Shown here in pieces: positions 35,169 to 45,239 of a stretch of DNA of 61,046 bases. The notes below the pieces were generated by a model, which saw only the letters and a program-made list of their open reading frames with translations, was not told where the DNA came from and searched no databases. The position numbers and the translations under genes were made by a program. Source of the DNA: a virus (lineage: Duplodnaviria > Caudoviricetes); IMG/VR virus record IMGVR_UViG_3300042988_000595, positions 1 through 61,046 of that record; one strand, given 5' to 3'. Positions within the stretch are counted from its first letter, which is position 1. Every line of letters begins with the position of its first letter.

Positions 35169-36914
35169 ATGGCTGAAATCAAAGAAGTCTTCCAGATTAC
35201 CACCCTTCCAGGGGTAAAGCGTGACGGCACCAACTTGGATGGTGACAACTTCGTGGATGCTCAGTGGTGTCGATTCATTCGTAAAGAAGGTCGCCCGAAG
35301 AAAATGGGCGGGTACCAAGAGATCAACACGCCTCTGGCAGGCCCGATTCGAGCGCTTCAGGTGTGGACTCGCGGTGACCTGAACGAAGTCATTGCCGCTT
35401 CTAAGTACGGCATCACTCAAGCCAACATTGACAAGAACGGTGGGGCTGGTCCAAGCTATGATCGCACACCTGCCGGCATGCCAACCTTCGATGGTGTGTG
35501 GACGCTGGAGACCATGTACGATGACGCCGTTGGTAGCCAGAACACAATCCTGATCGCGCATCGCGCATCCTCTCTGTCTAACATTGACGACCCAAATACC
35601 TCACAAGTGTACTACGGCGTTATTAGCGACACCACGGCGCTTGTACCTATCTCAGGCTTGTCAGTGTCCGGTGGTGTATGTGCGGTTGGTCCGTACCTTG
35701 TTTATTACGGCTCCGACGGCCTAGTCGGTTGGTCTGATGTAAATCAGCCGCAAACGCTCACTGGCGGTGATGCCGGCTCCGACCGAGTCACGGGTGCAAA
35801 AGTAGTCAAGGCGCTGCCGCTCCGCTCAGGCTCCGGTCCTGCCGCGCTATTGTGGTCACTGGATACCCTGTTGCGTATGGATTACGTCGGCGGTGCGGCC
35901 ATCTTCAAATTCTCAGTCGTGTCGGCCCAGACCAGTATCCTGTCTCAAAACTCAGTCATCGAGTATGACGGCGACTACATGTGGATTGGCGTTGACCGAT
36001 TCATGGCATATACCGGCGGCAAAGTGATTGAGTTGCCAAACGAGTTGAACAAAAACTGGTTCTTTGACAACGTGAATTTCGAACACCGCCAGAAGATTTG
36101 GGCGACGAAAGTACCTCGTTTCGGCGAGATCATTTGGTTCTTCCCGTTCGGAGATTCCACGGAGTGCAACCGAGCTATCGTCTTCAATATCAATCTCAAG
36201 ACGTGGTACGACTTCGAGCTGTCCCGCACGGCCGGCTACTACTCTCAGGTGTTCCATTATCCAGTTTGGTCTGGTGACTCATCCAATGCACTGACACGGG
36301 TTGCACTTACTGGCGTAACGGGTTCGTTTCAAAGTGGCGACATCTGCACAGGCAACAACACCAACACGGTTTGCGAGGTACACACAGTCGAAAGTGCCAC
36401 ATCGTTGCTTGTCAAAACACCCCTGTCCCCAGGGCGCACAGCACTGCTTGGCGTAGGTGAGACGCTGGTGAACAACTCCAGATCGGGTACAGGCGTTATT
36501 AGCGCAACGACCGAGGTTCACTCAAGCTACATCCATGAGAAGGGCAAGAATGCTGTGACGGTTGGCAACGAGCTGGCCATCCCTGCACACTTCGAAACTT
36601 CAGACTTTGGATACCCTACCGGTGGTTCGCAGCAGAACAACATTAAAGGTATAAACCGCTGGACCCGATTGATTCGAATTGAGCCGGACTTTATCCAGAA
36701 CGGTGACATGACCGTTGAGGTGGCTGGTCGAGAGTTTGCACAGCAGGATGACACGTACAGCGAACCATTTACTTTTGGGTATAGAACGGGTAAAATCGAT
36801 TTACGTGAACAAAGAAGGCAGATACGACTTCGGTTCTCTAGCAACACAATCAACGGGGATTTTGAGATGGGTCGTGTAATTCTTCACACCGAGCCCGGAG
36901 ATGTTCGGAGTTAA
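35169..36914 (+). CDS. Tail nozzle / DNA stabilisation protein (podovirus gp10/gp12-like)
   Basis: PGVKRDGT, RPKKMGGY, beta-propeller-like pattern, FGEIIWFFP, IEPDFIQ. Precedes the ejection genes. Confidence 0.65.
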   Translation: MAEIKEVFQITTLPGVKRDGTNLDGDNFVDAQWCRFIRKEGRPKKMGGYQEINTPLAGPIRALQVWTRGDLNEVIAASKYGITQANIDKNGGAGPSYDRTPAGMPTFDGVWTLETMYDDAVGSQNTILIAHRASSLSNIDDPNTSQVYYGVISDTTALVPISGLSVSGGVCAVGPYLVYYGSDGLVGWSDVNQPQTLTGGDAGSDRVTGAKVVKALPLRSGSGPAALLWSLDTLLRMDYVGGAAIFKFSVVSAQTSILSQNSVIEYDGDYMWIGVDRFMAYTGGKVIELPNELNKNWFFDNVNFEHRQKIWATKVPRFGEIIWFFPFGDSTECNRAIVFNINLKTWYDFELSRTAGYYSQVFHYPVWSGDSSNALTRVALTGVTGSFQSGDICTGNNTNTVCEVHTVESATSLLVKTPLSPGRTALLGVGETLVNNSRSGTGVISATTEVHSSYIHEKGKNAVTVGNELAIPAHFETSDFGYPTGGSQQNNIKGINRWTRLIRIEPDFIQNGDMTVEVAGREFAQQDDTYSEPFTFGYRTGKIDLREQRRQIRLRFSSNTINGDFEMGRVILHTEPGDVRS

Positions 36915-36917
36915 TTG

Positions 36918-38621
36918 ATGAATTCGTATCAGGGAACCAACTCATTCGTAACACCCAATCCGACCAGCGTAACCACGCCTGTGTCTGGAATTCAGACGTA
37001 CACAAACACGTCTCTTGGTGGGGCCGTACCGCTTCTGTCCGACCTGTTGACGGCCAAACCGACCGCGAATAGCTTTCAGCAGCAAACTTATACCGGTGAT
37101 TCTCAGGTGATTTCCGATCGTTTGAAGCAGTACAGCGTCTATAACACGTCCAGTCTGGGTGATCTGGCAAACTATCTCGCACCTAAAGCCGCGTTAAATG
37201 CCAACGGTAACCTGTTCTTCAAGCCTGAAGACTTCAAGTCGGCCACATCGAACTTCACTACACTTGACACCCTTGGGTTGACCAACACGCCGCTGTCAGA
37301 GGATACCAAGTCACTCGGTAAAATGGGTGGCAAAGATATTTATGATCTGACGTCACTCCAAGATGAACTGAGTGCTCGCGATACGCCGATTTTCGACTCA
37401 CTCCTTCAGCAATATGGCTTAAGTCCGTCTGATTTGGCGAAATACGGCACCACGTACAGTACGCCGAACGTCAAGGTGAACTCTTACGGCGACCCCGTTT
37501 ATGAAACATACACCAACAACTACGGCGAGCAGTCAACAAAATATGATGCTAACGGTAATCCAGTTCTGGATATGTCTGGCACGCCGTCTTACACAAAAGC
37601 GGGTCTGCTTCAAAGCACCCTCGGTGGTCAACATTTAAATTGGCAAGATGTCGTCTCACTGCTGCCGCAGTCCAACGAGATTATCCCGCACAACCCCGCA
37701 TACAGCCAACTCCTGGGGCAATACGACTCGTTATATACCTCTAAGCCGGTGCAACAGGTATTTGAGAATACGGCAAAGTCGCTCGGACTAACCAACGACG
37801 AGATGACAAAACTGGCTGGGATTACTGCGGGTAACCTATATAACAAGAGCTTCCAGTCGGGCACCGCGCCTTACAGTATGGGTTACTATGACGCTGTCCC
37901 TCAGTACATGGACACGTTGTCTAACTTCTACAAACAAGCGTACGGTAAAGACCTACCGACCAATGTCACAGATTATCTGACTAACGCCGGTAAGGACATC
38001 GACTCTCAGTTCACCTCGGCCCGTCAGATTCAGTCGCATAGTGGTGGCTTCTTCAGCGACATCTTACCGATGGTCAGCACGGTATTGAAGTTCACCCCGC
38101 TTGCTCCGGTAGCGTACGCATACGATGCTTACAACGCAATCAAATCCGGTAGCCCCCTGGCCATGGCGGGTGCAGCACTTGGTGCATACGGTGCATACAC
38201 GGGCACGGACATTGCCGGATCGGTCGGAGGGGCGATCAACGACTTCACCGGATTAGGTCTCAGTCCAGAGATGATCAAGGCGCTCGGCAACACCACGCTA
38301 GGTACCGGCATGGGTGTACTGGGTGGCCAAGACTTCGGTACTGCTCTGGCTGGCGGCTTAGGTAGCGGCGCTGGTGGTTACCTTGGTGGTAATCTGGCCG
38401 GATCACTCGACCTGTCTCCAGCAATGACAAAAGCTCTGGCAGGTATCGGCTCAGGCATCGGTGGCGCAGCCTTAACTGGGAATGATGTCGGAATGGGTGC
38501 ACTGAGCGGCGGTTTGAATGCAATGTCGTCGTACGGTGGAAACACTTTGAATCCAATTAATGGTGTATCAACCATTGCACAGCAACTTTTGAAGAACAAA
38601 CGCCGTCAACTCGGCAAGTAA
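36918..38621 (+). CDS. Putative ejection/internal virion protein with glycine-zipper C-terminus
   Basis: Repeated GxxxG hydrophobic segments in the last ~170 aa. Confidence 0.55.
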   Translation: MNSYQGTNSFVTPNPTSVTTPVSGIQTYTNTSLGGAVPLLSDLLTAKPTANSFQQQTYTGDSQVISDRLKQYSVYNTSSLGDLANYLAPKAALNANGNLFFKPEDFKSATSNFTTLDTLGLTNTPLSEDTKSLGKMGGKDIYDLTSLQDELSARDTPIFDSLLQQYGLSPSDLAKYGTTYSTPNVKVNSYGDPVYETYTNNYGEQSTKYDANGNPVLDMSGTPSYTKAGLLQSTLGGQHLNWQDVVSLLPQSNEIIPHNPAYSQLLGQYDSLYTSKPVQQVFENTAKSLGLTNDEMTKLAGITAGNLYNKSFQSGTAPYSMGYYDAVPQYMDTLSNFYKQAYGKDLPTNVTDYLTNAGKDIDSQFTSARQIQSHSGGFFSDILPMVSTVLKFTPLAPVAYAYDAYNAIKSGSPLAMAGAALGAYGAYTGTDIAGSVGGAINDFTGLGLSPEMIKALGNTTLGTGMGVLGGQDFGTALAGGLGSGAGGYLGGNLAGSLDLSPAMTKALAGIGSGIGGAALTGNDVGMGALSGGLNAMSSYGGNTLNPINGVSTIAQQLLKNKRRQLGK

Positions 38622-38632
38622 AGGATTGAATT

Positions 38633-39898
38633 ATGGGTTGGGAAGATAACAGCTACGACTGGAATGTACCGGACACCTCTTACTACCCGTCTGGGGATGG
38701 TCTGGACTTTACCAATTATTACGATGCCGGCCAGTTCGACCCCAGTTCTTTCCAGCTGGATATGCCGTCGTTCGATTGGAATGACTCAGACATTCTGTCA
38801 TCCCTTGGTATCTCCTCGTATGATGTTCCGACGCCAGAGTCTCTGATGTTCCAATCTCAGTCCCCGATGGGTCTGGCTGACCAACTGGCGATCGAACAGT
38901 ACCAATCTCAAATTCCTCCTGACGTCGCGTCTATCTTGACTGCGAAGGGTATTGACCCTGCCACCAGTCGGATCAGCGAGAATGGCTACATTTCCACTCC
39001 GCGAGGTGAGTTCACTCCGGAAGAACTTCAGTCCATGAACGTTGGCGGTGTCAAGTCGGAAGACGAGCAGCTCGCTCCGATCTCTATTGATAGTCAACCA
39101 TCGGCCTCAAACATTTACTCTTCTGGCATCTATGGTGACATGAAGCTACCGGAAGGCGAAGTCGTTAACCCGCTCTGGAAGCAATCTGCCACTGAACAAG
39201 GTTTGATTGACAATATCAGCGCTCGCGACGATCTGTCCACGCCCGAAAAGATTAAGATGTTGCAGGACATGAAGCTCCTTGGTGGCTTCGTAGAGCCGGA
39301 CGCCTACAACAAAGAATCAGCCGTTGCATCCCCCGATGAATACCGTGCGGACAACCGTAGCGTTGGTCAAAAGTTGCTTCAAGGTGCTCTGAACATGATG
39401 AAACCTGGCACTAATGGCGCAAAGACATACCGTCGTAACGCCGACGGCTCGGTGACCGAAACGCAGGCACGAGAGTCTTCCATCCTTGAAAAGGCGCTAC
39501 AAGCGTACGGTATTCTCGCGGGTGGCGGAGGTAAGGCTCCGGATGCTATCGGCGATCGTGGTGCTCAGGCTTGGTCTGTCGGTCGTAAAGCTGGATCAGG
39601 TCGCAAGATGGCTACGGGTGGCGCGGTGGGTGGCTCCGGCACCAAAAAGGGAGCACTTGGCCTTCTGCAAGGTGCTTCGACCGGTCAATCCGACAAGGTG
39701 GATGCCAAATTGTCTCACGGTGAATATGTAGTGGATGCGGACGTCGTGTCTGCTCTGGGTGACGGTAACACTGAAGCTGGTGCTGATAAGCTTGATCAAA
39801 TGCGTCAAGCCGTTCGCTCTCACAAACGTTCCGCACCTTCTGGTAAAATTCCTCCTGCGGCTAAGTCGCCGCTGCAGTACATGAAAGGGGCCGCATAA
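38633..39898 (+). CDS. Putative internal virion protein with MATGG...GQSD...LSHGEYV module
   Basis: C-terminal module resembles the one near tape-measure protein C-termini. Confidence 0.6.
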   Translation: MGWEDNSYDWNVPDTSYYPSGDGLDFTNYYDAGQFDPSSFQLDMPSFDWNDSDILSSLGISSYDVPTPESLMFQSQSPMGLADQLAIEQYQSQIPPDVASILTAKGIDPATSRISENGYISTPRGEFTPEELQSMNVGGVKSEDEQLAPISIDSQPSASNIYSSGIYGDMKLPEGEVVNPLWKQSATEQGLIDNISARDDLSTPEKIKMLQDMKLLGGFVEPDAYNKESAVASPDEYRADNRSVGQKLLQGALNMMKPGTNGAKTYRRNADGSVTETQARESSILEKALQAYGILAGGGGKAPDAIGDRGAQAWSVGRKAGSGRKMATGGAVGGSGTKKGALGLLQGASTGQSDKVDAKLSHGEYVVDADVVSALGDGNTEAGADKLDQMRQAVRSHKRSAPSGKIPPAAKSPLQYMKGAA

Positions 39899-40623
39899 TG
39901 GCTGACGCACTCCCCACCGCTGGTCAAACTGTAAGCTACCAGCAACCAGAATATTACTCATCGACCGGCTCGCAGTTTGCGGGTGGCGTACAAGACCTCC
40001 TTGGTCAGAATGGCTATATCAACGATATTGCCAACAATTGGTACGACACCACCCCTGGCCAAGGTGCTCTGGGTCAATTTGCGCAATACGATCCGAACAA
40101 GCAGCAGCAGTTCATGAACCCGTATACCCAAAACGTGGTCAATGCGAACACTCAGCAGTCCAATCAGAACTTGTTCGAGAACGTCATCCCGCAGCTCAAC
40201 TCTACGTTTACGGGCGCGGGTCAGTTCGGTTCCAGTCGAAATGCAGATTTCATGAATCGCGCTATTCGCGATCAGCAGCAGAATCTGATGAACACCAACG
40301 CAAATACCTTAATGGGTGCTCAGAACCAAGCGGCTACGCAATACCAAAACTGGCAGAACATGGGTAACACGGCCGCACAGCAAGATTTCACCAACTGGCA
40401 GACTCAGGCCAACTACCCGCTGTCCGCTCTGTCTCAGGTCGGCACTATGTTCCAAAACATGCGTTCTGGTCAACCGCTGGCTGTGTCCACCTCGTCGGCT
40501 GCGCCTACCACCACTGAGAAACTTGGTTCTGTGTTGAGTTTGCTTGGCCAAGGGTTGAATGATACGACGACGCAACAACTGCTTGACTGGGCTGGTCTTA
40601 ACTTTACAAGCCCAACGGCTTAA
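39898..40623 (+). CDS. Putative DNA transfer/ejection protein
   Basis: Gln/Asn-rich, FMNPYTQNVV and AGQFGSSR motifs. Confidence 0.6.
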   Translation: MADALPTAGQTVSYQQPEYYSSTGSQFAGGVQDLLGQNGYINDIANNWYDTTPGQGALGQFAQYDPNKQQQFMNPYTQNVVNANTQQSNQNLFENVIPQLNSTFTGAGQFGSSRNADFMNRAIRDQQQNLMNTNANTLMGAQNQAATQYQNWQNMGNTAAQQDFTNWQTQANYPLSALSQVGTMFQNMRSGQPLAVSTSSAAPTTTEKLGSVLSLLGQGLNDTTTQQLLDWAGLNFTSPTA

Positions 40624-40631
40624 GGATAGAT

Positions 40632-42395
40632 ATGGCATACGAAGATCAACAAGCGCCTGTTGGTGGACTGAGTCAAGCCGCCACTGCGCAGAATCCGGCT
40701 CAGAAGATTCAAGAGTTATTGTTGAGTCGCATCCATACGCCGGACGAGATGAAGGCGCTTGAAGCGCAACGTCAGGGGGCACTTGAGCAGTTGCAGGGTG
40801 CGGTTCGTGCTGATCCAACCGGCGGTTACATGCCGTCCCAGCGCAGCTTCGATGCTTGGATTGAAAACATCGGTAAGACCGGTCCTGCCATGGCTGCGAT
40901 TCGCGGTGTGGCTGAAGGTAACAAGTTGATGCAGCAGCGCATGCAATCGGTTCGCGATAACGAGGTTACTGCGTCTCAGCTGGGCTACAAGGATATTGCC
41001 GACCGTTCGAAGTTGGACATGCAAGAGTTGTCTGCCATTAAAGGTATGGGTAAAGGTGCGACGATTACACCAGAAAAACTGGCTCAACTTCGTCAGTCTA
41101 GCCTTGTCGCTGCTCGAAACGAGTTTGATCCAAAGGTTACGCCTAATATGACACCGGAAGAGCGTGCTCAGAAGATTAACCAGCGTTCCCAAGAGCTGTT
41201 TTTGAACAGCGTCAACGATCTGCGAGAGGCCGGTTCATTCATGCCGAACGCCGATGCGGTCGCAAATGCATTGCCTACAACCCAGCCTCCTGCGACAAAG
41301 CCGGTTGACGCTACCACCTCTGTCAAAGTTGAACCTGGGTATGATAACGCTGCTCCGGACATCAACTCTGTTGAAGGTAAATCCGCATTGCGATCTGAGT
41401 ATGAGGCTGCAAAACAACGCGCAAATGCTGCCGGTGTTGGTACTCCGATTTACGAGCGCGAGACAGCGAATATGATTGCGCTTCGGAAGCAAGGTCAGGC
41501 TTGGGGCTATGATCCCGCTACCAATAAATCCACACCTAAGACCGAATTTGAAGCTAAGCCAGGGCAGACTGCATCTGAAGCCGGTATTACTCCTGTCAAG
41601 TTTGATCAAGTAAAGGAAAGTCCGTTTGCACCAGCTCTGGACTTGAAGCCTGTTTTGACCGCAAGCCTACCTCAGATGCAGGAAAAGGCAATCAAAGCCG
41701 ACCGCGAAGCGTACCTTAAGAGCGATGAGTTTACAGGTCTGAACACCCAAGCAGCGGGTGCAAAAGAGCTGATGAAGTTCGTCGAAGCGGCGATCGAGAG
41801 TCCTGCCAAGACGAACTCTTTGAGTGGTCTGAACCAGATGTTGAATTCATATGCATCTGCTGCCGGCATCCCATTGGATCAAAAGACCAAAGATCAAATG
41901 CTTGAGTTTGTCAAATTGAACCAGACGGCTAACGCCATGGGTCTGGTCGGACAGCTGATGCAACGTGGTGTTCAGACTGACAAGGACTTTGTGCGAATTA
42001 TGCAAGCCGCCTTTGACACCAGTCTTACACCCGAGCAGCGTCGTGCTTCCATGCGTCAGTATGCAGATAACCTCAACGCTACGATCACCAAACAGCGCTA
42101 CGCTGAGCAGTATATGAACCACCCGTACTCTTATGGTAACGAGCGCAACTGGGAATCAGAATACTCTAAACTGAAGCAGGCTGGTGCTCCGGAATCCGTG
42201 TTCATGCCGAATAAGAAGGTGCTTCCGTATGACGAAGCTGCCAAGACGTTCTGGGGTACCGAGCAGGGCTCCAAATACAAGCCTTCTAAGGATGACTCTC
42301 CGGAAGAAGCTAAACGGAAGCAGACGCTAACAATCAAGGCGCTTAACGCATATAATACTCGCATGAGAGAAAAGCTTAAGACCGGAGCAGAATAA
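40632..42395 (+). CDS. Putative ejection protein
   Basis: Helical, GVQTDKDF motif, position. Confidence 0.5.
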   Translation: MAYEDQQAPVGGLSQAATAQNPAQKIQELLLSRIHTPDEMKALEAQRQGALEQLQGAVRADPTGGYMPSQRSFDAWIENIGKTGPAMAAIRGVAEGNKLMQQRMQSVRDNEVTASQLGYKDIADRSKLDMQELSAIKGMGKGATITPEKLAQLRQSSLVAARNEFDPKVTPNMTPEERAQKINQRSQELFLNSVNDLREAGSFMPNADAVANALPTTQPPATKPVDATTSVKVEPGYDNAAPDINSVEGKSALRSEYEAAKQRANAAGVGTPIYERETANMIALRKQGQAWGYDPATNKSTPKTEFEAKPGQTASEAGITPVKFDQVKESPFAPALDLKPVLTASLPQMQEKAIKADREAYLKSDEFTGLNTQAAGAKELMKFVEAAIESPAKTNSLSGLNQMLNSYASAAGIPLDQKTKDQMLEFVKLNQTANAMGLVGQLMQRGVQTDKDFVRIMQAAFDTSLTPEQRRASMRQYADNLNATITKQRYAEQYMNHPYSYGNERNWESEYSKLKQAGAPESVFMPNKKVLPYDEAAKTFWGTEQGSKYKPSKDDSPEEAKRKQTLTIKALNAYNTRMREKLKTGAE

Positions 42396-44974
42396 TGGGT
42401 GATCCAGTTAGCACACAAACGTTGAGTGATTTGGTTACGGGTAAGAAGTCTCGCCCCTGGGGCCAAGGGGCGCTAACGGCCGTCAATAAAGCTTTGATTG
42501 GCACACCGATGTTCCCGTGGGAGCTCAGTAAAAAAGCAGTTTCCATGATCCCTGGCCTGCCGTCATACGAGTTTGGTAGTGATACGGAACATGCATATGA
42601 CTTAGCTCGAAAGTACCATATCTTAAATGACCAAGGTATGGCCCCTGCTACCGGCTGGCAAAAGACGTTTGAAGACACTGTTGGTGCGGCCACATCGGGT
42701 GGTACATTCGGCACAATGGCTCGTCTGCCGCAGCTAATCAATGCCGCCAAAACGAGTGTTCCTGCGCTGAATAACGTGATTCGCCAGATTGGAACCTATG
42801 ATGTAGGTCTGCCTGCATCGGTCGAACCGTTTGCGTCCGGATTGGATCAAGGTAATAACTCTGGGGCTGCAACGGCGGCTCGGGTTGTTTTGCCTATCCT
42901 CGGTGGCCACATGATGCCTCGTGGCGACGTCGGTGTTAAAGAGGGTGCGCTGCGATCCGTTCAGAACCGACTGGGTACCGCTACTGGGTTCCGATCTAGC
43001 CCTGGGCAAGAAGGTCTACGGATGCCCCTGCAAGATATGGCTCCACCGTCTGGTAACACGCTGCGTAGCACGGCAAACGATGCTTACCGTAATGCGGGTG
43101 CTACAAAAGCGATGTTGGCCAGTCCGACCGGCGCAAGAACGGCACTCGAGAACCGTGCGGCTAATGTGCGTACCGTTGAAGGTATGCCCGTCGAAGGTGT
43201 TAATCTTCAGCAGGTGTCCACTGATGCCACCAGTGTAGCTCGATCGGCTGCTGAAGATTTGTTGTCTAGGCTCCCAGGGAGTGGTAGCGGCTTCAGAAAT
43301 ATGGCTGATCGCATCATGGACTTGATGTTCACCGAGCGCCAGCTGAAGAATGATTTGTATGCCAATCTAGGTGATGCAACCAAGCTCGGCGCAGTTGACG
43401 CTACGCCGCTGCACAAAGCATGGCAGGACATCCTGCGAGACAAGAAAGCCTCTGCCGCACTCAACGGTGGTCTGGGTGAAACCTTCAAGTCGATCCGTGC
43501 GGAAATGGACCGTGTACTCGGTGCTAATCTGGATGCCACCGCAGCCGCTCAGCAGGGTGCAAACGACGCCGTTAACGCTCAGCTGTTGGCCAAGTACCAG
43601 CAGGATGTGGCGCATGCACGTTCGATGCGTATTCCTGAACCTCCGATGCCACCAGAACTCACTGCTCCGTCGGTCGGTGCGGTCAACGTACCGAATCGAA
43701 TCGCTGTTGGTGACTTGATGGAGCAGTCTAAATACCTAAACAGTATGTACGAGTCGCTCACCCCGACCGGCCGTTGGCTGCTGGGTAAACTCCAAAAGGC
43801 TATTGACGACACCATCGAGCAAAATCCATACGTCAAGCAACAACTGGATGTTGCAAAAGAACAAAATATCGTTTGGCGCACATTGTCCGACCCATCCAGC
43901 CCGTACGGTAAAGCGATGGAGATTCGCGACGCAGACAAAGCTCGTCAGTTCCTGACAGATCACATCAAAAAGGTATTCACTGGTCAAAACCAAGGTGAGC
44001 ATGCCGATGAGTTGGCCGACCTGTTTAGCCGTAATAGCTCCCCTGATGAACTGAGAACTCTCTTCACTGATGCACTCGGTGACGCCATCGCTGATAAAGC
44101 TTGGAAGGCTGGAGCTAAGCCGGAAGAGGTTGTTCGTAACGTAGCCGCCGCTCGTGCAGAGGTGACCGCAGCAACTCGCTTTGCCGAGCGCATTGGTATT
44201 CCACGTAACGACATCGATCAGATCGCCTCAACCATCACTCGCGATGTGGAAGCCGCATCTCCTAGGGTACAAGAGCTCACCAAGCTCAAAGATAATCCGT
44301 CTGCATACATCAAACGTGCAGTCACCGGTACTCCGGAAGAGCAGGCGCTCGTTCGATCTACATTGGACGACGTGTCTCAGGTTAACCCGAATGCAGGTGC
44401 AGTCATCGAAGGTAATCTTGCTCAAACGGAAGCTGCTCGACGCGCCTTGGCAGAATCAGATGTTAACTTGACGCGAGCTGCCGCAGACCAGAAGTTGAAC
44501 CTTGACTTCAGTAATGGAGAATTGGCCAACGTCGGTGCTCTGGGTGGTGCGGCTGCGGGTGTGAATCCATTCTTGATGGGTCGTGCTACGCGTTTGGGTG
44601 AGCATATCGCTGACTTCGTGCGTCACAACCCTGCTCGCGAGAACTTGTACGGTGAGTACCTGGCCAACCCAAGTAAGTATTACGGCGATCTGATGGCCAA
44701 CCCGTTTGCACACTCTGGCAGCTCTTCACAGCGCATGCTTCCGACCATCGTTAATTCGATCGATCAAGTGTACACAACGCGTCGTCAGGAGCCGAAGGAG
44801 CCCTCTGCAGAAGCTACCTCTCCGGTGGTCGATGATTGGGTGCTGCCGAGCGAAGAAGAGTTACTTGCCGCTCCGGTCGGACCTACTGGTAAGAATAAAG
44901 ATGAAGATTGGTCTTTCGAAGCAGATGATCAATCCGAAAAGCCATTGTCACTTACGATTGGCACAGGGCGCTAA
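42395..44974 (+). CDS. Large putative ejection/internal virion protein
   Basis: 859 aa Ala-rich helical protein ending the late arm. Confidence 0.5.
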   Translation: MGDPVSTQTLSDLVTGKKSRPWGQGALTAVNKALIGTPMFPWELSKKAVSMIPGLPSYEFGSDTEHAYDLARKYHILNDQGMAPATGWQKTFEDTVGAATSGGTFGTMARLPQLINAAKTSVPALNNVIRQIGTYDVGLPASVEPFASGLDQGNNSGAATAARVVLPILGGHMMPRGDVGVKEGALRSVQNRLGTATGFRSSPGQEGLRMPLQDMAPPSGNTLRSTANDAYRNAGATKAMLASPTGARTALENRAANVRTVEGMPVEGVNLQQVSTDATSVARSAAEDLLSRLPGSGSGFRNMADRIMDLMFTERQLKNDLYANLGDATKLGAVDATPLHKAWQDILRDKKASAALNGGLGETFKSIRAEMDRVLGANLDATAAAQQGANDAVNAQLLAKYQQDVAHARSMRIPEPPMPPELTAPSVGAVNVPNRIAVGDLMEQSKYLNSMYESLTPTGRWLLGKLQKAIDDTIEQNPYVKQQLDVAKEQNIVWRTLSDPSSPYGKAMEIRDADKARQFLTDHIKKVFTGQNQGEHADELADLFSRNSSPDELRTLFTDALGDAIADKAWKAGAKPEEVVRNVAAARAEVTAATRFAERIGIPRNDIDQIASTITRDVEAASPRVQELTKLKDNPSAYIKRAVTGTPEEQALVRSTLDDVSQVNPNAGAVIEGNLAQTEAARRALAESDVNLTRAAADQKLNLDFSNGELANVGALGGAAAGVNPFLMGRATRLGEHIADFVRHNPARENLYGEYLANPSKYYGDLMANPFAHSGSSSQRMLPTIVNSIDQVYTTRRQEPKEPSAEATSPVVDDWVLPSEEELLAAPVGPTGKNKDEDWSFEADDQSEKPLSLTIGTGR

Positions 44975-45239
44975 GCCACTTTTCAGCGCCAAACTTAACT
45001 CGAAGCGGGTATTCAACCTCTGGTAATGCGTAGAGCGTACCCGCTTCTAAATCTTCTTTTGTGACCAAGTGTTTATGGATATGTTCGAATTCTTCCCAGT
45101 ACTTCAACAGCAGTTTGCAGATATTATCGTACTCTTCGTCTGGCATTACTGACTTGTGCAGTTGGTAGTAGGCGTAAGAAGCCATCAGCATCTTCTGCAA
45201 TAGCTTCCCGCAAGCTTCACCGATTGGGCTATTTGGCAT
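44952..45239 (-). CDS. Stand-alone protein resembling NAD-dependent ligase domain Ia
   Basis: ASYAYYQLHKSVMPDEEYD matches the YY...x-D-x-EYD pattern. Confidence 0.6.
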   Translation of the reverse strand: MPNSPIGEACGKLLQKMLMASYAYYQLHKSVMPDEEYDNICKLLLKYWEEFEHIHKHLVTKEDLEAGTLYALPEVEYPLRVKFGAEKWLSALCQS

